From Cyclobacteriaceae bacterium (GTDB taxonomy: Bacteria; Bacteroidota; Bacteroidia; Cytophagales; Cyclobacteriaceae): DNA of 64,000 nt. The notes beneath the pieces are model-generated. The model did no database searches. It had not been told where the DNA came from and was given only the letters and a program-made list of their open reading frames with translations. The translations under genes were made by a program, and so were the position numbers. Location: the NCBI GenBank assembly GCA_044221195.1, contig JBGAPO010000005.1, positions 35,481 through 99,480 on the forward strand, in the 5' to 3' direction. Positions 8,969 through 18,193 of the stretch are shown one piece after another (the stretch's first letter is position 1; each line of letters begins with the position of its first letter).

Positions 8969-10648
8969 CTATCGTCCCTTCTTCCACTTCTTTCCCTTAA
9001 ACGAGGTTTTCTTGAATGACTTCTTTCCCGGCTTTTCTCCGGCTTTCGAGTCCGGTCCGGCTACGTCAACGCGGATGGGACGGCCTTCGTACTCCGTGCC
9101 TTTGAAAGCCTGGATGATTCGGTCTTCCTGCCCTTTCTCTGTTTCGAAGAAGGAATAGACACCCTTGAGATCGATTTTGCCGATGCTTTTCTTTTCCAGA
9201 CCGGCAAATTCGTCGAGGATTTCAAGCACCTTCGATTTGTCGAGTCCGTCAACCTTTCCCAGGTTGATGAAGAACCGGGTGCCGGTGACATAACGGCCGC
9301 TTTCGCCTCCGCCTTTTCCGGACTCTTCATTCAAGTCGGGGGCATGACGGTAGTAATCGAGGAAGCGGTTGAATTCAATTGACGCGAAGCGCTTAATGAG
9401 TTCGTCCTTTGAGAGGCTGTTCAACTCCTCCTGGATGGCCGGAAGGAAGGCTGAGATTTCCTCTTCATTGATTTTGACCTCCCGCACCCGGTGCATGAGG
9501 GCGAGTAGTTGCTGCTGGCAAATCTCGGCGCCGGTCGGCACATTCATCCGCTTGACGGGTGACTTCAGTGTTTTCTCAATCTGCTTTAGTCGGCCTTGTT
9601 CGCTTCGGCTGACCAGTGCGATGGATATGCCCTTTTTACCGGCACGCGCGGTGCGGCCGCTGCGGTGGGTATAGAATTCCATTTCATCGGGCATGTTCAT
9701 GTGGATCACATGCGTGATGTCTTCCACGTCGATGCCGCGGGCCGCCACGTCGGTGGCCACGAGAATCTGCAGGGCGCGGTTGCGGAATTTCATCATCACG
9801 CGATCGCGCTGCTGTTGGGTGAGGTCGCCGTGAAGCGAGTCGGCGTTGTAGCCATCCTTCATCAGCATTTCGGCGACACGCTGGGTGTCGATGCGGGTGC
9901 GGCAGAAGATCAGGCCGAAGATGTCCGGGGTGAAATCGAGGATGCGTTTCAGGGCGAGGTATTTGTCCCTTTCCTGAACCTGCACGTACCGGTGTTCGAT
10001 GTTGGCGTTCCCCTTGTTTTGCTCTCCGACAGTAAGTTCGAAGGGATCGGCCATGTAGTTCTTCATGATCGTCCGGACCTCCCGGGGCATCGTGGCGGAG
10101 AACAGCCAGGTGTACTTCGTTTCGGGCGTGAAAGACAGAATCTTGTCGAGGTCTTCCTTGAAGCCCATGTTGAGCATCTCATCCGCTTCATCCAACACCA
10201 CGTAGCGGATAGTCTCGAGTCGTACTGCCTTGCGGTCGATCAAGTCGATCAGGCGGCCCGGGGTGGCCACGATGATTTGTGCGCCACGCTTCACTTTGCG
10301 TATTTGTTCGCCGATGCTGGCGCCGCCGTAGACAGCGACGATGTTAAACGGTTTGAACTTCTCCGAGAAGTTTTCCAGGTCGCCGGTGATCTGCAGCGTG
10401 AGTTCGCGGGTGGGCGCCAAAACCAGGGCCTGCGTTTCGCGCATATTGGCATCGACCAGTTCGAGGAGCGGGAGACCGAAGGCTGCCGTCTTGCCGGTGC
10501 CTGTTTGCGCCAGCCCGACAAAGTCCTTGTTGCCTTTCAAGAGGACGGGGATGGCCTTTTCCTGGATAGGGGTAGGTGTTTCAAATCCCAGGAGTTCTAC
10601 CGACTCGACCAGGCCCGGGGATAAGCCCAGCGATTCAAAATTCTTCAT
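8969..10648 (-). CDS. DEAD-box ATP-dependent RNA helicase with DbpA-type C-terminal RNA-binding domain and basic tail
   Basis: Motifs AQTGTGKTAAF, PTRELT, DEAD, SAT and HRSGRTARAG are present. The C-terminus ends in the Lys-rich tail KKSFKKTSFKGKKWKKGR. Confidence 0.9.
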   Translation of the reverse strand: MKNFESLGLSPGLVESVELLGFETPTPIQEKAIPVLLKGNKDFVGLAQTGTGKTAAFGLPLLELVDANMRETQALVLAPTRELTLQITGDLENFSEKFKPFNIVAVYGGASIGEQIRKVKRGAQIIVATPGRLIDLIDRKAVRLETIRYVVLDEADEMLNMGFKEDLDKILSFTPETKYTWLFSATMPREVRTIMKNYMADPFELTVGEQNKGNANIEHRYVQVQERDKYLALKRILDFTPDIFGLIFCRTRIDTQRVAEMLMKDGYNADSLHGDLTQQQRDRVMMKFRNRALQILVATDVAARGIDVEDITHVIHMNMPDEMEFYTHRSGRTARAGKKGISIALVSRSEQGRLKQIEKTLKSPVKRMNVPTGAEICQQQLLALMHRVREVKINEEEISAFLPAIQEELNSLSKDELIKRFASIEFNRFLDYYRHAPDLNEESGKGGGESGRYVTGTRFFINLGKVDGLDKSKVLEILDEFAGLEKKSIGKIDLKGVYSFFETEKGQEDRIIQAFKGTEYEGRPIRVDVAGPDSKAGEKPGKKSFKKTSFKGKKWKKGR

Positions 10649-11068
10649 GTAATGGGTTAGACTGCAAAGGTACTGCTTATTCTGCCGTCGGTGCCGGGAG
10701 ATTCATATTCGGAGGCAAAGGGAGGCCGACCGGGTGTTTCACCAAAGAAAAGAAAGTCGGCGGCACAGGAAGCCGAACAATGATGTGTGCGGAAGCCGGT
10801 CGCCGATACGGTGACAGATTTATGCAACGCTGAGTCACCCGATTCATCCTTCAAGCACCGCCACGTTGGCTTAGGCGGCTGTTTGCCATTGGACCTGGAA
10901 GTAGCACCATTTAACGCACATTAACATTAATTAACACCGACGTCATTTTGTGCTTTCAAGACCTGTTCTGCGCAGTAAGTGATGCAGTTTCCGAATGGAA
11001 GATGGCTCCAGCACCACACGGACAATTCAGTGCCGGAGATGACTTCGCCGTTCACGGAAATCCGCCGA

Positions 11069-11097
11069 TTGCCGGCGTCGCCGAGCCGTTACCTTTG
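11069..11097 (+). promoter_or_regulatory. candidate Bacteroidota-type promoter for the OMP gene
   Basis: TTG (11069-11071), then 18 nt, then TAccTTTG (11090-11097). This matches the established TTG / TAnnTTTG consensus and lies about 120 nt upstream of ATG 11216. Based on sequence pattern only. Confidence 0.3.
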
Positions 11098-11215
11098 TCG
11101 CCGCCTAAGCCTAAATAGGGCAAACGGCATCATAATTATATATGCGGGGTAACTATTGTGGGCCAAAACGGTTAAAGGCTCTAGTTATTCCGCCCACTGA
11201 ACCTACTGAAAAGAC

Positions 11216-14152
11216 ATGAAGAGAGGCCTATTTTTTGGATTGATGTTGTTGACAACCCTGACAGCCTTAGGTCAGGCACCGGCTGCCCCTGCGGGCAAAG
11301 GGAAGATCAGCGGGGTTGTTCTTGACGGCGCCAACGGTGCGCCGGTGGAGTTTGCGACGGTTGCCTTGACACTCCCCAACTCAGACAAACCCATCGACGG
11401 AGCCATCTGCGACGACAAGGGTCGCTTCACGATTCACAAGGTTCCCAACGGCACCTATCGGCTCATCATTTCCTTTATCGGCTACGATAATCTTGAAGTA
11501 CCCAATATTGTCATCTCTGACAAGCAGAGCAGCGTAGATATCCCCGCGGCGAAACTTGCCACCAGCAACCAGCAGCTGCAGGCGGTGACTGTCGAAGGGC
11601 AGCGTGCGCTGGTCGAAGAGAAGGTTGACCGCACGGTATACAATGCCGAGAATGATGCCACCACCAAAGGCGGCGATGCCACGGATGTGCTGCGTCGGGT
11701 GCCCATGCTCACGGTGGACATGGACGGCAACGTAACCCTGCGCGGCAATTCGAACCTGAGAGTACTCATCAACAACAAGCCGTCGACGATCACCGCATCG
11801 AGTGTGGCCGACGCGTTGAAGCAGATTCCGGCCGACCAGATCAAGTCGGTGGAAGTGATCACCTCTCCTTCCGCCAAGTATGATGCCGAAGGTTCCGGCG
11901 GGATCATCAACATCCTTACCAAGAAGAACACCTTGCAAGGGCTGACGTTGAATGTGGATGGCGGCGTTGGCTACCGGGCATCCAACCTGGGCGTCAACGG
12001 AAACTACCGGACCGGCAAGATGGGTTTTTCACTCGGCGGCTTTGCGCGTGGGGGATATAATGTGCTCGGCAAGTTTTCCAACAGCCAGCTTACCACCTCC
12101 GGCGCCAATCAATCGCTCACGCTCCAGAACGCCGACACCCGCCGCAACGACCTCTTCAGCAACCTGAACTTCGGGTGGGATTACGATATCGACGCGAACA
12201 ATTCATTGACGGCCGCGGTGCGCTATGGCAATAGAAACGGAACCGGCTACCAGGACAATCTCTTTTCGCAAAACTTCAGCAACAACGTGCTCACCAGTGC
12301 CAGCCTCCGCCAGGTGCAGACCGACAACAAGAACAACAACATCGACGCCAGCCTGACGTACAACCACCTCTTCAAAAAGCCGCAACAAGAGTTCAGCCTG
12401 TTGGGTCAATACAGCCGGAACAACGGCAACAACAACTTTTACAATTACATCCTTGATACCGGCACGTTGGCCATCAACCAACGCCTGCGCAACGACAACC
12501 TCAGTTACAACGAAGAGATCACGGCGCAGGCCGACTATCAAACCCCGATCGGCACCAACCAACTGATTGAGGTCGGCGGCAAAGCCATTGTCCGCAAAGT
12601 GTCGAGCGACTATTCTTCCTATTCGGCTACCGGGGAGAGCGGTCCCTACACCAAGACGCCCAACAGCAATTTGTCGAACGTATTCACGTACAATCAAAAT
12701 ATCGCCGCGACTTATCTTTCCTACACCTACACGTCGAAGTCGGGCTACAGCTTCAAGGCCGGGGGGCGCTATGAGTACACAACCATTGACGCCAATTTCA
12801 GCAATGAAAAAGGGCCGGTGACCATTCCCTCGTACAGCGTCATCGTTCCGAGTGCGAATATTTCCAAGCGGCTGCCAAACGGTACCATCAAGATGGCCTA
12901 CAACCGACGCATCCAGCGGCCCAGCATCCAGTTCCTGAACCCCAACATCCAATTCAGCAACCCATACAACATTACCGCCGGCAACCCCAACCTGGAGCCG
13001 GAGTACACCAACAACTACGAGTTGTCGTACAGCACCGCCATCAAGAGTGTCAATCTTAATTTTTCAGGCTTCGTGCGCAACACCGACAACGCCATCCAGG
13101 CCATCCGCGGCGTCATCGGTAATGTTCCGACGGACCCTGACACGCTGGCCACCAGCTACAAGAACATCGGCCGTGAGGACGCGTACGGCGGAAGTGTCTT
13201 CGGCAATGTGAATCTCTCCAGCAAACTCACCCTGAACGCCGGCACAGACTTTTACTATGCCGTGTTGAGGAACAACGATCCCAATCCGCTCTACACGGCT
13301 TCCAACCAGGGCTGGGTGGTGAACTTCCGGCTGTTCGGAAACTATACCATCAAGAACGGATGGGGACTTCAATTCTTCGCCTTCTACCGCGGCCCGCAGG
13401 TGTTACTGCAGGGATCCCAGGGTAATTTCTATATGTACAGCATGTCGGTACGCAAAGAGTTCGCGAACAAGAAAGCCAGCATCGGCCTCGCCGCTGACCA
13501 GTTCCTGACCTCGTCGATGCGTATTGAAAACTATACCAAGTCGCCCATCATCGAGCAGAAGAGTGTGAACGAGATGTATAACCTCAACTTCCGCGTAACC
13601 TTCAGCCTGCGCTTTGGAAAGATGAGTTTTGACGCCCCCCGTCGCCGGAAGAAGTCGATTAATAACGACGACCTGAAGGACGGTGGCGGCGATACCGGCG
13701 GTGGTGATGCCGGCGGTATGGGCGGTGGAGCAGCAGCAGGTGCCGCCGGTGCGGGTGGACAACGTCCCGCCGCAACTCCGGGCACACGTCCCGCAACAAC
13801 TCCCACAGCGCCCGCCAACACACCGCCAACAGATCCCAATGCGGTGGTGAAAGCGGAAGGAACCTGGAGCTATACCATTGAATCTCCGCAAGGAGGCGGC
13901 GGCACGCTGACCATCCGCAAGGAAGGCGACAAGTACACGGGTGTGATCGTGAGCTCCCGCAACAACAAGGAGACGCCGCTCAGCACGGTAGCGGTCAACG
14001 GCAATGAAATCACCTATACCTACGATGTGGCGTTTGGCCCCAATACGACCACCATCCAGGTGAAATCGGTTATCGTAGGCGATGAGATGACCGGATCGAT
14101 GGCCCTGGGCCAGTTTGGGACTTTCCCCGTTAAAGCTAAGCGCCAACCTTAG
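11216..14152 (+). CDS. outer-membrane beta-barrel protein (CarboxypepD_reg + plug + barrel, TonB-dependent-receptor-like) with a C-terminal low-complexity linker and extra domain
   Basis: Signal peptide MKRGLFFGLMLLTTLTALGQA. The N-terminal domain (GKISGVVLDG...GTYRLIISFIGYD) is followed by plug-like DVLRRVPMLTVDMDGNVTLRG. The barrel ends at ...FSLRFGKMSF. It is followed by a 173-aa tail (13631-14149). Confidence 0.85.
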   Translation: MKRGLFFGLMLLTTLTALGQAPAAPAGKGKISGVVLDGANGAPVEFATVALTLPNSDKPIDGAICDDKGRFTIHKVPNGTYRLIISFIGYDNLEVPNIVISDKQSSVDIPAAKLATSNQQLQAVTVEGQRALVEEKVDRTVYNAENDATTKGGDATDVLRRVPMLTVDMDGNVTLRGNSNLRVLINNKPSTITASSVADALKQIPADQIKSVEVITSPSAKYDAEGSGGIINILTKKNTLQGLTLNVDGGVGYRASNLGVNGNYRTGKMGFSLGGFARGGYNVLGKFSNSQLTTSGANQSLTLQNADTRRNDLFSNLNFGWDYDIDANNSLTAAVRYGNRNGTGYQDNLFSQNFSNNVLTSASLRQVQTDNKNNNIDASLTYNHLFKKPQQEFSLLGQYSRNNGNNNFYNYILDTGTLAINQRLRNDNLSYNEEITAQADYQTPIGTNQLIEVGGKAIVRKVSSDYSSYSATGESGPYTKTPNSNLSNVFTYNQNIAATYLSYTYTSKSGYSFKAGGRYEYTTIDANFSNEKGPVTIPSYSVIVPSANISKRLPNGTIKMAYNRRIQRPSIQFLNPNIQFSNPYNITAGNPNLEPEYTNNYELSYSTAIKSVNLNFSGFVRNTDNAIQAIRGVIGNVPTDPDTLATSYKNIGREDAYGGSVFGNVNLSSKLTLNAGTDFYYAVLRNNDPNPLYTASNQGWVVNFRLFGNYTIKNGWGLQFFAFYRGPQVLLQGSQGNFYMYSMSVRKEFANKKASIGLAADQFLTSSMRIENYTKSPIIEQKSVNEMYNLNFRVTFSLRFGKMSFDAPRRRKKSINNDDLKDGGGDTGGGDAGGMGGGAAAGAAGAGGQRPAATPGTRPATTPTAPANTPPTDPNAVVKAEGTWSYTIESPQGGGGTLTIRKEGDKYTGVIVSSRNNKETPLSTVAVNGNEITYTYDVAFGPNTTTIQVKSVIVGDEMTGSMALGQFGTFPVKAKRQP

Positions 14153-14257
14153 CTGTTGGCTGTTAGCCATTGGCCTTTGGCTGTTAGCTGTTGGCCGTTA
14201 GCTGTTGGCCTTTGGCTATTAGCAGTTAGCTGTTAGCTATTGACAGTTGAGTATTGG
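14153..14257. repeat. 15 in-phase heptads, consensus CNNTTRG (TTGGC/TTAGC core)
   Basis: Units read directly: CTGTTGG CTGTTAG CCATTGG CCTTTGG CTGTTAG CTGTTGG CCGTTAG CTGTTGG CCTTTGG CTATTAG CAGTTAG CTGTTAG CTATTGA CAGTTGA GTATTGG. The array starts one nt after the OMP stop codon. Confidence 0.95.
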
Positions 14258-14332
14258 TTGGGGGAGTTCCCCATGGTGAGGGGCTGAGTTCATCGTGTAA
14301 TGCAGAAACACAACTATTGGTTGTAAGCCCAG

Positions 14333-14443
14333 CCAAAGGCCAAGTGCCAAAGGCCAAGTGCCAAGAGCCAAGTGCCAAGAGCCAAGTGCCAAGAGCCAAG
14401 TGCCAAAGGCCAATAGCCAACCCTAGCCAACCACACAGCCAAC
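14333..14443. repeat. 12 in-phase heptads CCAARNG (reverse complement of the 14153 family) plus a degenerate tail
   Basis: Units read directly: CCAAAGG CCAAGTG CCAAAGG CCAAGTG CCAAGAG CCAAGTG CCAAGAG CCAAGTG CCAAGAG CCAAGTG CCAAAGG CCAATAG, then CCAACCCTAG CCAACCACACAG CCAAC. The array ends 28 nt before ATG 14472. Confidence 0.95.
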
Positions 14444-14471
14444 AATTTTTCCTAAATTCGCCACAACCCCT

Positions 14472-16763
14472 ATGGCGTCTATCTCCCGTGTCGCGGAAGC
14501 GATCTTCTACTCCTTCCCGGTTCAGCTGCTGATCAACAATTTCCGAAGAAACCACGTACTCATATTATGCTGGATCATCCTGTTTGCGATGATCACCGGC
14601 AACTTTGGGAAATACCTGGGCATCCCCTACTTGTTCCTTGACCCCGAATACCTGAACGAAGTCAACTTCACCAGCTTCCTGATCATGGGCGTGCTGGTCA
14701 GCGGTTTCACGGTGGCCTACAACATCACCAGCTATATCATCGACGGCCACCGCTTTTCGTTTGTGGCGGCCCTCTCCCATCCCTTCAACAAGTTCAGCCT
14801 GAACAACGCGACCATTCCCATTCTCTTCTTCCTTACCTACCTCTACGAAATCATCAGTTTCCAGATTAACAATGAATTCACGTCGGCCAGCGATCTCGCT
14901 CTCGATCTTGCCGGCTTCCTGACCGGCATCTTTCTCATGGGCGGATTGCTTCAGTTGTATTTCCGGTTCACCCAAAAGGATATTTTCAAGTACATGGTCT
15001 GCCGCATCGATGAGGCCGGCAAACGCGCCTGGACGATCACCCGGGCGAGCGTGATGAGGAAGACGGAGCTCGGAAAGAAGAAGCAGGTGCGCGTGGACAA
15101 CTATTTCAAGTTGCCCTTTCAATTCAAGAAGGTTCGCGACGAAAGCGAATTCTACGACAAGGCCGCCCTTCAAAAAGTCTTCGATCAGAATCAGTTCAAT
15201 CTCATCCTCGTTCAGCTCCTGATCTTTGCGCTCGTCCTTGTGCTCGGGATATTCAAAGACTATCCCGCCTTCCAGCTCCCCGCCGGGGCCAGCTTCATGA
15301 TTCTCCTCACCATACTGGTCATGATCTCCGGGGCCTTCAGTTACTGGTTCGGCGGCTGGTCCGTCACCACTGCACTGATCCTCTTCCTGGGCCTCAATTA
15401 CCTGGTCGGTGAAGGCTGGCTGACCAAGCGGTACCCCGCCTTCGGTCTCGACTACAATGCGGAGCCCGTGGACTACTCGGTAGAGAACCTGCAGCAACAC
15501 AGCGACAGCACCCACATCCTGATGTCGCGTCAACACACGCTGAGCATCCTCGAAAACTGGAGGAAGAAGTTTGACGGCCCGGGCAAACCGAAGATGGTTT
15601 TTGTCTGCGCCAGCGGCGGCGGAAAGCGGGCAGCGCTCTGGACGTTAAGCGCGCTGCAAACTGCCGATAGTCTCACCCGGGGTCAGCTGATCGAGCACAC
15701 GGCGCTCATCACCGGCGCTTCCGGCGGACTGATCGGCGCCAGCTACTTCCGTGAAACGGTGCTGCGAAAGAAGTTGGGCCAGACGATGAACCCGCACAGT
15801 GCCGAACACCGCGAGAAGATTGCCACGGACAACCTGAACCCGCTCATCTTCAGTCTTCTTGCCAACGACCTGTTCGTGGGCTTCACGCAGTTTGAATACG
15901 AAGGACATGCCTATCGACGTGACAGGGGTTTCACTTTTGAGGAACAGCTGAATATTGATACCGAAGGGCTCATGGACAAGACCATCGCCGATTACCACGA
16001 TGCCGAGGCGAGCGCGATGATTCCCATGATGATCATGTCACCCACCATTGTCAACGATGGCCGCAAGCTCTACATTTCTGCACAGCCGGTGGCGTACATG
16101 AACGCCGAGATTCTGAACTTCCCGGATTACACCAACAACAAACTCAGCGGTGTAGACTTCCAACTATTGTTTGAAAACCACGGGGGGCCCAGCCTGCGGT
16201 TTCTTTCCGCTTTGCGCATGAATGCCACCTTCCCCTACATCACTCCCAATACGACGCTTCCCACCGACCCTCCCATCCGCATTATGGATGCCGGTATCTC
16301 CGACAACTTCGGTATTATGGACGCGACCCGCTTTCTCTATTCCTTCCGGGAATGGATCGCGGCAAATACATCAGGCATCATCATCCTCTCCATCCGCGAC
16401 TCGCCCAAGCTCGCGCCCATCACGGAAGAAAAGGGCAACACCATCATCGACGATTTCACGCAGCCCATCGCCAGCGTATACAACAACTTTGAGAACTTCC
16501 AGGACATTACCGGCGATAACCTCATCGGCTATGCCAGAACGTGGTTTGCCGATACGCCCATCGAGCGGGTTGACATCGAATACACGCCGATGTCGTACGT
16601 TCCCATCCTCCAGCAGATGGACAGCATCCGTCAACGCAGCGCCAGAGCTTCGCTGAGCTGGCGACTGACAACCCGGGAGAAAAAAGGTGTGGTGGAGACG
16701 CTAAAACTGGACATCAACCAGCAAGCGATTCACAAATTGGAGATGCTCCTCCTCAAGCCATAA
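14472..16763 (+). CDS. patatin-like phospholipase with a large N-terminal multi-pass membrane domain
   Basis: 763 aa. Several hydrophobic helices lie in the first ~330 aa. Patatin motifs are the oxyanion ASGGGKRAA, the nucleophile elbow TGASGG (GxSxG) and the catalytic MDAGISDNFG (DxG). Confidence 0.8.
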   Translation: MASISRVAEAIFYSFPVQLLINNFRRNHVLILCWIILFAMITGNFGKYLGIPYLFLDPEYLNEVNFTSFLIMGVLVSGFTVAYNITSYIIDGHRFSFVAALSHPFNKFSLNNATIPILFFLTYLYEIISFQINNEFTSASDLALDLAGFLTGIFLMGGLLQLYFRFTQKDIFKYMVCRIDEAGKRAWTITRASVMRKTELGKKKQVRVDNYFKLPFQFKKVRDESEFYDKAALQKVFDQNQFNLILVQLLIFALVLVLGIFKDYPAFQLPAGASFMILLTILVMISGAFSYWFGGWSVTTALILFLGLNYLVGEGWLTKRYPAFGLDYNAEPVDYSVENLQQHSDSTHILMSRQHTLSILENWRKKFDGPGKPKMVFVCASGGGKRAALWTLSALQTADSLTRGQLIEHTALITGASGGLIGASYFRETVLRKKLGQTMNPHSAEHREKIATDNLNPLIFSLLANDLFVGFTQFEYEGHAYRRDRGFTFEEQLNIDTEGLMDKTIADYHDAEASAMIPMMIMSPTIVNDGRKLYISAQPVAYMNAEILNFPDYTNNKLSGVDFQLLFENHGGPSLRFLSALRMNATFPYITPNTTLPTDPPIRIMDAGISDNFGIMDATRFLYSFREWIAANTSGIIILSIRDSPKLAPITEEKGNTIIDDFTQPIASVYNNFENFQDITGDNLIGYARTWFADTPIERVDIEYTPMSYVPILQQMDSIRQRSARASLSWRLTTREKKGVVETLKLDINQQAIHKLEMLLLKP

Positions 16764-17646
16764 GCTGGCCAACGCCGAAGAGTATAACGAAAAGCAGCGT
16801 CCCCAACGCCATGCGCTTCAGGTACGGATCGAGTTGTTCAGAGGGTTTTTCATTGACCCCCCTGCCGATAGAAACAAACACCGGCGCCGACAGCATAAAT
16901 AGGAATTGTATCGGCGAGGTGTAGTTCAATACGGTATAAACGGTTGTTGCGAGCAGCCCGCCCAAAAGGAGAAACCAGTGGTAGAGCCCTGCCTTGACCT
17001 TGCCGATACGCACGGGGACAGAGAACTTTCCCGCCTGGCGATCGGACTCAATGTCGCGCATGTTATTGATGTTCAGTACGCCGACCGCAAACAGTCCGCA
17101 GGCCAGGGCCGGCAAAAAGCTAATGGGTGTCAATGTCTTCGTGAAGAGGAACAGCGCCCCGGACACGCCCACGCCGCCGAAGAAGATCAGCACGGACAAA
17201 TCACCAAGCCCCGCATAGCCATACGGCTTCCTGCCCACCGTGTACATGATGGCCGCCGCAATGCAAAGCAGGCCCAGTACCAGGAATGAACCCAGCAGTC
17301 GGTAGTCGTACCCGAACGCCGCGAGCAGCAAGGCCACACCGCTGGCTAAACACAATACCACAAACAGAATGATCGCATTGCGCATGCTGTGAGCGCTGAT
17401 GGTCCCCGACTGCACCGCGCGACTCGGTCCGCTGCGACCGGAATGATCGGCGCCATGGATGGTGTCGCCATAGTCGTTGGCCAGGTTGGAGAGGATTTGG
17501 AGGAAGACCGTCGTCAGGCAGCAAAGTGTAAAGACGAGCCCGTTGAATTTGTTTTCGACCGCCGCAAGAAAGCCGGCCATGCCGATGGACGACAGTGCCA
17601 ACGGCAGGGTGCGCAAGCGGAAAGCACTAATCCAGTGAGCAATCAT
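16753..17646 (-). CDS. menA: 1,4-dihydroxy-2-naphthoate polyprenyltransferase (UbiA family)
   Basis: ORF 16753..17715 trimmed to the internal Met (MIAHWISAFRLRTLPLA). Contains the UbiA motif NLANDYGDTIHGAD and the MenA-typical RSGPSRAVQSG. The protein is multi-pass membrane. Confidence 0.75.
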   Translation of the reverse strand: MIAHWISAFRLRTLPLALSSIGMAGFLAAVENKFNGLVFTLCCLTTVFLQILSNLANDYGDTIHGADHSGRSGPSRAVQSGTISAHSMRNAIILFVVLCLASGVALLLAAFGYDYRLLGSFLVLGLLCIAAAIMYTVGRKPYGYAGLGDLSVLIFFGGVGVSGALFLFTKTLTPISFLPALACGLFAVGVLNINNMRDIESDRQAGKFSVPVRIGKVKAGLYHWFLLLGGLLATTVYTVLNYTSPIQFLFMLSAPVFVSIGRGVNEKPSEQLDPYLKRMALGTLLFVILFGVGQLMA

Positions 17647-17774
17647 CGGGGCGAATTTCTGATTTATTGGAGATTGCAGCAAGTTGGCGGGACTGACTAA
17701 AGTCCTAACCTGCATTCCATCAACCCCGCCGTATCACCGTACAGTATTCATTATGCCCTCTCCAGACGGAAGCG

Positions 17775-18179
17775 CTATTTCTTCAATAATCGGTCCACCG
17801 AAATCGCTCCAGGTCCGGTGAAGAAAAGCGCCACATAGGGCACGAGATACAACAGCGCTTTCTCGCGGTCGCTGAACGGATCGCCTGCGTGAATGATGAC
17901 CACCGCCGTTCCCATGGCAATAATCAATGGCACCAGCGCAAGCCGGGTAAACAGCCCCAGCGCCAGCAGGATACTGCAGAAGAACTCCGCGAAGATCACC
18001 AAAGCCATGGATAAGGAAGGTCCTATACCAAACGGGTCGGAAAATACATCCGAGCGGTCGGCAAAATTCACCAGTTTGGAATAACCGTGCGGGATCATGA
18101 ACAACGCCACGGCAAGCCGCACCAGCAGCAGGCCGAAGTCCATGGAGACCGGCTTGACACTCAAGAGTCGATTAATCAT
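17775..18179 (-). CDS. DoxX family membrane protein
   Basis: 134 aa with four hydrophobic helices. The N-terminal FGLLLVRLAVALFMIPHGYSKL is typical of DoxX. Confidence 0.7.
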   Translation of the reverse strand: MINRLLSVKPVSMDFGLLLVRLAVALFMIPHGYSKLVNFADRSDVFSDPFGIGPSLSMALVIFAEFFCSILLALGLFTRLALVPLIIAMGTAVVIIHAGDPFSDREKALLYLVPYVALFFTGPGAISVDRLLKK

Positions 18180-18193
18180 GGAAGGGTTAGTGG

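Noticed and set aside
9596-10624. 342-aa ORF on the plus strand inside the helicase gene. Similar long shadow ORFs occur at 27596..28681 (in argS), 36817..37902 (in the EF-G paralog), 33843..34850 (in the decarboxylase), 14565..15536 (in the patatin gene), 20754..21587 (in the NSS gene) and 12203..12952 / 13403..14170 (in the OMP gene).
   Set aside because: All are antisense to genes with strong family motifs. Their translations are Arg/Gly/Ala/His-rich and low in complexity, with no motifs. Long antisense ORFs are expected in GC-rich coding DNA.
10649-11215. Cobalamin or other riboswitch upstream of the TonB-dependent-receptor-like gene.
   Set aside because: There are only fragmentary resemblances, such as a GCCCACTG near 11192. 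I could not find the conserved B12-box context or paired elements by eye. The barrel is not a BtuB-type receptor. A cmsearch run would be needed to settle it.
14226-14555. ORFs 14226..14555 (minus) and 14254..14532 (plus) in the OMP-patatin spacer. ORFs 38299..38703, 38435..38968 and 45824..46507 (minus), and the first 75 codons of 24859..25833, are similar.
   Set aside because: They translate the tandem arrays into peptide repeats (WHLALGTW..., FTVHSS..., SFEFRVSS..., GSVVG...) and have no independent coding signal.
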